Below, one piece after another: positions 55,289 to 64,000 of a stretch of 64,000 nt of DNA. Under the pieces are notes generated by a model. That model saw only the letters and a list, made by a program, of their open reading frames with translations. It was not told where the DNA came from and ran no database searches. The stretch lies in contig NIVC01002236.1 of assembly GCA_002269645.1 (NCBI GenBank), positions 126,855 to 190,854 of the forward strand, written 5' to 3'. Every line of letters begins with the position of its first letter. Within the stretch, counting starts at the first letter, position 1. The DNA comes from Macrostomum lignano. Taxonomy: Eukaryota. The translations under genes were made by a program, and so were the position numbers.

Positions 55289-58200
55289 AACAGACACAGA
55301 CAGACAGACACACAGACAGACAGACAGACAGACACACAGACACACAGGCAGACAGACACAGAGCAGAGGCTCACCAGGTAGCTGTGCACGAACTGGTCAT
55401 ACAGCTGCATGGGATTCCAGCCCATAACAATATCGTAGGTGATGACGCAGCCCAGCGAGTGGCCGATGACGGACACTTTGCCGCCAGCCGGCTCAAAGTA
55501 GGGGTGCCTGGCGCAGAACATGCTGTACAGGCGGCTGAGCTCCGTCTGCAGGCCGTGGGTGATCTCGGCGCGGTACAGGGGGCTGGTGTAGTACAGCACG
55601 TCCATTGCGGATGAGTTCAACAGGGTGCGAAGGCCGCGGATATTTGGCGGTGTAATTGAGTCCACGGTGTCGCCTGCGGCATTTTTGTTTTTTATTGTCG
55701 TTGATTATTGGTCAGAATTTACTTGCTTATGAGCAGTCATTCCGATAGTTTATGAGCAGTCATTCCGATAGTTTATGAGCAGTCATTTTGATGGTTTATG
55801 AGCAGTCATTTTCATGGTTTATGAGCAGTCATTTTGATGGTTTATGAGCAGTCATTTTGATGGTTCATGAGCAGTCATTTTGATGGTTTATGAGCAGTCA
55901 TTTTGATGGTTTATGAGCAGATATTTTGATGGTTTATGAGCAGTCATTTTGATGGTTTATGAGCAGTCATTTTAATGGTTTATGAGCAGTCATTCCGATA
56001 GTTTATGAGCAGTCATTTTGATGGTTTATGAGCAGTCATTCCGATAGTTTATGAGCAGTCATTTTGATGGTTTATGAGCAGTCATTTTGATGGTTTATGA
56101 GCAGTCATTTTGATGGTTTATGAGCAGTCATTTTGATAGTTTATGAGCAGTCATTTTGATGGTTTATGAGCAGTCATTTTGATAGTTTATGAGCAGTCAT
56201 TCCGATAGTTTATGAGCAGTCATTTTGATGGTTTATGAGCAGTCATTCCGATAGTTTATGAGCAGTCATTTTGATGGTTTATGAGCAGCCATTTTGATGG
56301 TTTATGAGCAGTTATTTTGATGGTTTATGAGCAGCCACTCTGATAGTTTATGAGCAGTCACTCTGATAGTTTATGAGCAGTCATTCTGATGGTTTATGAG
56401 CAGTCATTGTGATATTTTATGAGCAGTCACTCTGATGATAGTTTATGAGCAGTCATTCTGATGGCTTATGAGCAGTCATTGTGATATTTTATGAGCAGTC
56501 ACTCTGATGATATTTTATGAGCAGTCACTCTGATGATAGTTTATGAGCAGTCATTCTGATGGTTTATGAGCAGTCATTGTGATATTTTATGAGCAGTCAC
56601 TCTGATGATAGTTTATGAGCAGTCATTCTGATGGTTTATGAGCAGTCATTCTGATGGTTTATGAGCAGTCATTCTGATGGTTTATAAGTAATAATTTTGA
56701 TGATTTATTGTTGGCCATATTTATGGTTTATGAAATCATTGAATTTTTACAAAGGCTAATTCCAATGGTTTATAAACGGTCATTCTGATAATTGGCACCC
56801 CACCCCTTACCATCTAAAGTGAGTGCAGATCTCCATTCGACTGGCAGAAACTCCACTCTCTGATTCGCGGAATCCAAATCCGGAAAGAATTTCTTCTTAA
56901 TCCGTTCGCAAGTCTGCCTCAGATCGAAGGCGCATTTAACAATGGCGCCCGTTCGCATCTTCTGCCCGATGCCGTGAATAACAAAGACTAGATGAGTAAT
57001 ATCAGCCAGCTTCTCTTCAACTTTGGCTTCATCTTTGTACCCTCTGACCAGGCGAGCCCCGGTGCGCTGGACGCCGAGTTTCTGCAGGATGAACCGGCTG
57101 GTTGAGTCCTGGTACAGGTGCACCTGGCGAAGGTCGTACCAGTTCACGTGACAGTCGGTCAGGCGCAGGCTGTGGATGGCTGTGAATGGGTTTTGGGATA
57201 ATCATTATAGAGTGACAAAATGGGATTTTGGGATAAATCAATTCCCAGAGTGACAACATGAGATTTTGGGATAAATCACTCCCCCAGAGTGACAAGATAA
57301 TATTTTGAGATGAATCACTCCCTCAGAGTGACAACATGGGATTTTGGGATAAATCACTCCCCTAGAGTGACAAGACAGGATTTTTGGATAAATCACTCCT
57401 CCAGAGTGACAAGATGGGATTTTGGGATAAATCACTCCGCCAGAGTGACAAGATGGTATTTTTGGATAAATTACTCCCCCAGAGTGACAAGATGGGATTT
57501 TGGGATAAATCACTCCCCCAGAGTGACAAGATGGGATTTTGGGTTGGATCACTCCCCCAGAGTGACAAGACGGGATTTTGGGATGAATCGCTCTCCCAGA
57601 GTGACAAGATGGGATTTTGGGATAAATCACTCCCCTAGAGTGACAAGATGGGGTTTTGAGATAAATCACTCACCCAGAGTGACAAGATGGGATTTTGAGA
57701 TAAATCACTCCCCCAGAGTGACAAGATGGGATTTTGAGATAAATCACTCCCCAGAGTGACAAGATGGGATTTTAAGATAAATCACTCCCCTAGAGTGACA
57801 AGATGGGATTTTGAGATAAATCACTCCCCTAGAGTGACAAGATGGGATTTTGAGATAAATCACTCCCCTAGAGTGACAAGATGGGATTTTGAGATAAATC
57901 ACTCTCCCAGAGTGACAAGATGGTATTTTGGGATAAATTACTCCCCCAGAGTGACAAGATGGGATTTTGAGATAAATCACTCACCCAGAGTGACAAGATG
58001 GTATTTTAGGATAAATTACTCCCCCAGAGTGACAAGACGGGATTTTGGGATAAATCACTCCTCCAGAGTGACAAGATGGGATTTTGGGATGAATCACCCC
58101 CTCAGAGTGACAAGATGGGATTTTAGGATAAATCACTCCCCCAGAGTGACAACATGGGATTTTAGGATAAATCACTCCTCCAGCACATGAGGACAGCTAC

Positions 58201-61200
58201 AAGAAAATTAATTATAACAGAGAATTACATGGCCAATCACTAACAAAATTACAACAGAAAATTGTTGCTAAGGTGTGCCAGCCACGTGAGCACACACTGT
58301 ACAAGAGTACAAGATTATAAGCCAGAGAAGTTGAAGAAAAGACTCAAAAAAATCATGCACAATGTCAGTAACAGCCTGTCCAAAATTCCGACAAAGAAAT
58401 GAGAAGTAAACAATAAAAATTGGAACAAGCTGTCTTTTGAGCCTGTTAAAAACATTAAAAAAACAAAATTAATAAACTTTTCCATTTCCTCGTTGCACGA
58501 CTAAGAAAAACACGTGGATGACAAAAAAGTGAAGCCAAGGCCCACATACGGGCGAAAGTCAGGGCGTTGATCTCGTCGCAAGTCGACAAGGACTGCTTTA
58601 ATTTTGCGCCGGCTGGGGTTTGTTTTAAACAAAATTGGGGCAGGTAATTGAAAGTGTTCGAAGGAAAAGTAATGAAAACAGCGGATAATGGGGTGGGATA
58701 TTCGTGATAGCGAGTCAGTGGGTCAGTCAGTGGGTCAGTGGGTCAGTGGGTCAGTCAGTCAGTGGGTCAGTCAGTGGGTCAGTTAGTCAGTGGGTCAGTC
58801 AGTCAGTGGGTCACTCAGTGGGTCAGTCAGTGGGTCAATCAGTGGGTCAGTCAGTCAGTGGGTCAGTCAGTGGGTCAGTCAGTCAGTGGGTCAGTCAGTG
58901 GGTCAGTCAGTCAGTGGGTCAGTGGATCAGTTAGTCAGTGGGTCAGTCAGTCAGTGGGTCAGTCAGTGGGTCAGTCAGTCAGTGGGTCAGTCAGTCAGTG
59001 GGTCAGTCAGTGGGTCAGTCAGTCAGTGGGTCAGTGGATCAGTTAGTCAGTGGGTCAGTCAGTCAGTGGGTCAGTCAGTGGGTCAGTCAGTCAGTGGGTC
59101 AGTCAGTGGGTCAGTCAGTCAGTGGGTCAGTTAGTCAGTGGGTCAGTCAGTCAGTGGGTCAGTCAGTCAGTGGGTCAGTCAGTGGGTCAGTCAGTCAGTG
59201 GGTCAGTGGATCAGTTAGTCAGTGGGTCAGTCAGTCAGTGGGTCAGTCAGTGGGTCAGTCAGTCAGTGGGTCAGTTAGTCAGTGGGTCAGTCAGTCAGTG
59301 GGTCAGTCAGTGGGTCAGTCAGTCAGTGGGTCAGTGGATCAGTTAGTCAGTGGGTCAGTCAGTCAGTGGGTCAGTCAGTGGGTCAGTTAGTCAGTGGGTC
59401 AGTCAGTCAGTGGGTCAGTCAGTGGGTCAGTTAGTCAGTGGGTCAGTCAGTGGGTCAGTTAGTCAGTGGGTCAGTCAGTCAGTGGGTCAGTCAGTGGGTC
59501 AGTCAGTCAGTGGGTCAGTGGATCAGTTAGTCAGTGGGTCAGTCAGTCAGTGGGTCAGTCAGTGGGTCAGTCAGTCAGTGGGTCAGTTAGTCAGTGGGTC
59601 AGTCAGTCAGTGGGTCAGTCAGTGGGTCAGTCAGTCAGTGGGTCAGTGGATCAGTTAGTCAGTGGGTCAGTCAGTCAGTGGGTCAGTCAGTGGGTCAGTC
59701 AGTCAGTGGGTCAGTTAGTCAGTGGGTCAGTCAGTGGGTCAGTGGGTCAGTCAGTCAGTGGGTCAGTCAGTCAGTGGGTCAGTTAGTCAGTGGGTCAGTC
59801 AGTCAGTGGGTCAGTCAGTGGGTCAGTCAGTCAGTGGGTCAGTGGATCAGTTAGTCAGTGGGTCAGTCAGTCAGTGGGTCAGTCAGTGGGTCAGTCAGTC
59901 AGTGGGTCAGTTAGTCAGTGGGTCAGTCAGTGGGTCAGTTAGTCAGTGGGTCAGTCAGTCAGTGGGTCAGTCAGTGGGTCAGTCAGTCAGTGGGTCAGTT
60001 AGTCAGTGGGTCAGTCAGTGGGTCAGTGGGTCAGTCAGTCAGTGGGTCACTCAGTGAGTCAGTCAGTAAAAAAATCGATTGAAAGGAAAAAAAGTTATTT
60101 CTTGATATTAGCAGGTATTTAAAAAAGATCAAATTATCTCGATCTATCAGAAAAGTTAAAAGTTTTAAAAGTCAAGTTGAATTCAACATCAGAAACAAGC
60201 AATACTCAACATTTATAAAGTTTATGAAACGGTGCAAATAACATGTAAACACTGAAAACTGTTCATGCACAAAAAACTTCAGCGCACTTGTTTTCACCTC
60301 AACTCACCTTCCTTGGACTTGGAGCTGCCACTGGCGCTGCCGCCGCCAACGCTGCTGCCTCCTTCGCGACAAACCGGCGACTCCTCGTAGCGAAGGCCTT
60401 CGAATTTGGCCAGGTGCTCGGCTTCAATCTGGGCTGCCAGATCTTCTGGCAGGGGCTGCCAGCCGTTCTCCCGAAACCAGGTGCCGCGGGAGAGCACGGC
60501 GGTTTGTTTAACACCTGGATGCAGGATTTGTTAATTATAAATAAAGAATTTTGAACTACACGAGTTTTGTTTAATTTAATATTATTTTTAAATTAACGGC
60601 GGATGAATTGAATTAACAATTAAGATATTTTAATCAAGTTAAAGTTGATTATCTGAACAATTCCCCTCGAGTCATTGCCAATCTGAACAATTCCCCTCCA
60701 GTCATTTCCAATCTGAACAATTCCCCTCGAGTCATTGCCTAGCTGAACAATTCCCCTCGAGTCATTGCCTAGCTGAACAATTTCCCTCGAGTCATTGCCT
60801 AGCTGAACAATTCCCCTCGAGTCATTGCCTAGCTGAACAATTCCCCTCGAGTCATTTCCTAGCTGAACAATTCCCTCGAGTCATTGCCTAGCTGAACAAT
60901 TCCCCTCGAGTCATTTCCTAGCTGAACAATTCCCCTCGAGTCATTGCCTAGCTGAACAATTCCCCTCGAGTCATTTCCTAGCTGAACAATTCCCCTCCAG
61001 TCATTGCATAGCTGAACAATTCCCCTCGAGTCATTGCATAGCTGAACAATTCCCCTCGAGTCATTGCCTAGCTGAACAATTCCCCTTGAGTCATTGCCTA
61101 GCTGAACAATTCCCCTCGAGTCATTGCCTAGCTGAACAATTCCCCTTGAGTCATTGCCTAGCTGAACAATTCCCCTCGAGTCATTTCCTAGCTGAACAAT

Positions 61201-62491
61201 TCCCTCGAGTCATTGCCTAGCTGAACAATTCCCCTCGAGTCATTGCCTAGCTGAACAATTCCCTCGAGTCATTGCCTAGCTGAACAATTCCCCTCGAGTC
61301 ATTTCCTAGCTGAACAATTCCCCTCGAGTCATTGCCTAGCTGAACAATTCCCCTCGAGTCATTTCCTAGCTGAACAATTCCCCTCAGTCATTGCATAGCT
61401 GAACAATTCCCTCGAGTCATTGCCTAGCTGAACAATTCCCCTTGAGTCATTGCCTAGCTGAACAATTCCCCTCGAGTCATTGCCTAGCTGAACAATTCCC
61501 CTTGAGTCATTGCCTAGCTGAACAATTCCCCTTGAGTCATTGCCTAGCTGAACAATTCCCCTCGAGTCATTGCCTATCTGAACAATTCCCCTTAAGTCAT
61601 TGAGTATCTGAACAATTCCCCTCGAGTCATTGAGTATCTGAACAATTCCTTTCGAGTCACTGGCCATGTGAACAATTCCTTTTAACTTATTGGTTCTCTA
61701 AACAATGCCCCTTAAGTCGCTGATCTGATAGCTCTCCCTATTAAACTTTGACCATTAGCCGTTCAAATTCCATACATTCGCAAAGCGAGGATAATTAGGT
61801 AAATACTTTTAAATGAGCTGCTTTAATTGCAGTTTTTTCATGTTCAGTATGACTGTACGTACAGGCGTTATTTTAAAAAAAAGTCAGGTTATGAAAACCA
61901 AATCTGGGAAATACAGAGAAGTTACAGGTAACACAAGCAAAATAGAACAGAATTAAGACAACTACTGGTATAAACTTCAGACACATTTTTATCAGCTTTG
62001 ATTATCTTAACTAGAAACTCGTATTAGTGAAAATTAAAACTGATCAGCCAAATTCAAATAATAATTTCCGCAGGTGAGGGGGGGGGGGCAGAATGAGCGG
62101 CCCAATAAAAGTGTCAGAAGGCGACGCACAGCATAGAAACAATATATTATTATATTATATTCGTATACTTACTCATTTTGTTAACTCGCATCTCTAAAAT
62201 TGAGGAATAAATAATTTGAGCAAATTGGAAAAAGCCAAAATAAAAACGGTGCTCAAGAAATCTTTTTGGCAAATTTAAACTCCGCGGCACCAGAAAAGCA
62301 TGCAGTTTCTTTAATGCAAAAAATTTAGAAATTTAATCTCGAATTTCCCAGAAATTTCTATAATTTAACAAACAAAAATGAGTTGAAAAACAATAAAGCA
62401 AAAATTATGATTTATAAATTATTTTGTGTACTTTTGCGCCAACTCTTCGGCATTCGATTTGGTTTGCCGCGCCAATCCAGCTCAGAAACGG
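48296..62491 (-). CDS. DDHD1: DDHD1-like intracellular phospholipase A1 (PA-PLA1), 5' end outside window; exons 62491-62432 (tentative), 60514-60308, 57179-56811, 55673-55375, 55077-55010, 54941-54863, 53331-53182, 52470-52080, 48813-48296
   Basis: [42 protein letters not shown], lipase [50 protein letters not shown]. All GT-AG junctions are phase-compatible. Confidence 0.9.
48842..49345. repeat. ATAATCACAG 8-10-bp array abutting the last DDHD acceptor
   Basis: Direct reading. Confidence 0.96.
49862..50290. repeat. 31-32-bp G-rich array GTGTACATCTAGGGTGGGGATGTGGGGAGCCA
   Basis: Direct reading. Confidence 0.95.
50990..51965. repeat. Purine array GGGAGAGAGGGAGATG(A/G)GA
   Basis: Direct reading. 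Confidence 0.95.
52545..53120. repeat. 26-bp array CATGAGGATATGGGAGATTTCCCTGA
   Basis: Direct reading. Confidence 0.96.
53440..54350. repeat. 70-bp minisatellite
   Basis: caggcagtgtacattcagcc recurs at 53641, 53711 and 53781. Confidence 0.95.
55157..55360. repeat. (CAGA)n microsatellite
   Basis: Direct reading. Confidence 0.96.
55725..56690. repeat. 23-bp array TTTATGAGCAGTCATTTTGATGG
   Basis: Direct reading. Confidence 0.96.
57205..58185. repeat. 39-bp array CCAGAGTGACAAGATGGGATTTTGGGATAAATCACTCCC
   Basis: Direct reading. Confidence 0.96.
58712..60066. repeat. GTCA/GTGG compound microsatellite
   Basis: Direct reading. Confidence 0.97.
60650..61680. repeat. 30-bp array CTGAACAATTCCCCTCGAGTCATTGCCTAG
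   Basis: Direct reading. Confidence 0.97.
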
Positions 62492-62684
62492 CTGCAAATT
62501 TGTTAGAATAAATCTCAGAAATAATCTTTACTTAGAAAACAATACTAATATATATATGTAGTCGACAGTTATGCAAACAACATAAATTATTGTACTACTA
62601 AAAGGGTTAAATTTCGCAACTTAATAGGGAAAACTGATCAATAACAAATTTAACACCGTTTTTACTAGCAATGTACTTTTTATG

Positions 62685-63960
62685 CTGACACCGCTACCCT
62701 CCTCAGGTCATTTAGTGCACTGACACCGCTACCCTCCTCAGGGCATTCAGTGCACTGACACCGCTACCCTCCTCAGGTCATCAGTGCACTGACACCGCTA
62801 CCCTCCTCAGGTCATTTAGTGCACTGACACCGCTACCCTCCTCAGGTCACTCAGTGCACTGACACCGCTACCCTCCTCAGGTCATTTAGTGCACTGACAC
62901 CGCTACCCTCCTCAGGGCATTCAGTGCACTGACACCGCTACCCTCCTCAGGTCACTCAGTGCACTGACACCGCTACCCTCCTCAGGGCATTCAGTGCACT
63001 GACACCGCTACCCTCCTCAGGTCACTCAGTGCACTGACACCGCTACCCTCCTCAGGTCATTTAGTGCACTGACACCGCTACCCTCCTCAGGGCATTCAGT
63101 GCACTGACACCGCTACCCTCCTCAGGTCATTTAGTGCACTGACACCGCTACCCTCCTCAGGGCATTCAGTGCACTGACACCGCTACCCTCCTCAGGTCAT
63201 TTAGTGCACTGACACCGCTACCCTCCTCAGGTCATTTAGTGCACTGACACCGCTACCCTCCTCAGGGCATTCAGTGCACTGACACCGCTACCCTCCTCAG
63301 GTCATTTAGTGCACTGACACCGCTACCCTCCTCAGGTCATTTAGTGCACTGACACCGCTACCCTCCTCAGGTCATTTAGTGCACTGACACCGCTACCCTC
63401 CTCAGGTCATTTAGTGCACTGACACCGCTACCCTCCTCAGGGCATTCAGTGCACTGACACCGCTACCCTCCTCAGGTCATTTAGTGCACTGACACCGCTA
63501 CCCTCCTCAGGGCATTCAGTGCACTGACACCGCTACCTCAGGGCATTCAGTGCACGGACACCGCTCCTCCTCAGGGCATTCAGTGCACTGACACCGCTAC
63601 CCTCCTCAGGGCATTCAGTGCACTGACACCGCTACCCTCCTCAGGGCATTCAGTGCACTGACACCGCTACCCTCCTCAGGGCATTCAGTGCACTGACACC
63701 GCTACCCTCCTCAGGTCATTTAGTGCACTGACACCGCTACCCCTCAGGTCTTTTAGTGCACTGACACGCTACCCTCAGGGCATTCTACCTTCCTCAGGTC
63801 ATTTAGTGCACTGACACCGCTACCCTCCTTCAGGGCATTCAGTGCACTGACACCGCTACCCTCCTCAGGGCATTCAGTGCACTGACACGCTACCCTCCTC
63901 AGGTCTTATTAGTGCTGACACCGCTACCCTCCTCAGGTCTTATTAGTGCTGACGCTACCC
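62685..63960. repeat. 35-bp array CTGACACCGCTACCCTCCTCAGGTCATTTAGTGCA
   Basis: Direct reading. Confidence 0.97.
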
Positions 63961-64000
63961 TCATTATATTTAAATACGGTCAGAGAAGTTAAAAAACAAA

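Noticed and set aside
58181-58200. Possible 10-nt DDHD1 micro-exon
   Set aside because: Unnecessary: the acceptor at 57180 joins 60308 in phase and gives KEAIHSLRL, matching DDHD1 KDAVHSFKL.
53440-63960. Regular 30-70-bp repeats as possible CRISPR arrays
   Set aside because: Head-to-tail units without unique spacers, no cas genes, eukaryotic introns.

Overview
Eukaryotic genomic DNA with GT-AG introns; nearly every large intron is filled by its own tandem-repeat array. The satellite-stuffed introns, GC-rich exons, an animal USP gene and recent duplicates point to a non-arthropod invertebrate, most likely a Macrostomum-type flatworm (inference, not provable here). Genes, left to right: 3' end of a RING-HC E3 ligase; a divergent CNOT9/Rcd1; a USP gene with a 1-nt frameshift; a novel 99-aa acidic secreted peptide head-to-head with a secreted JHBP/takeout + group-7-allergen (Der p 7-like) tandem TULIP protein; three intact copies of a 92-aa minimal TTP/TIS11-type tandem CCCH zinc-finger gene (one flanked by long inverted arms, two forming a tail-to-tail palindrome); a 5'-truncated RT/RNase H non-LTR retrotransposon inside a satellite; and a minus-strand run of DDHD1-like phospholipase, SMIM12, a Cys-depleted Mia40/CHCHD4-like gene and a PGAP4/TMEM246-like gene lacking its acidic catalytic motif, with a CORE-like SINE. 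Most long ORFs in the supplied track are stop-free repeat translations. Family assignments come from recalled motifs; no searches were run. Repeat boundaries are approximate.
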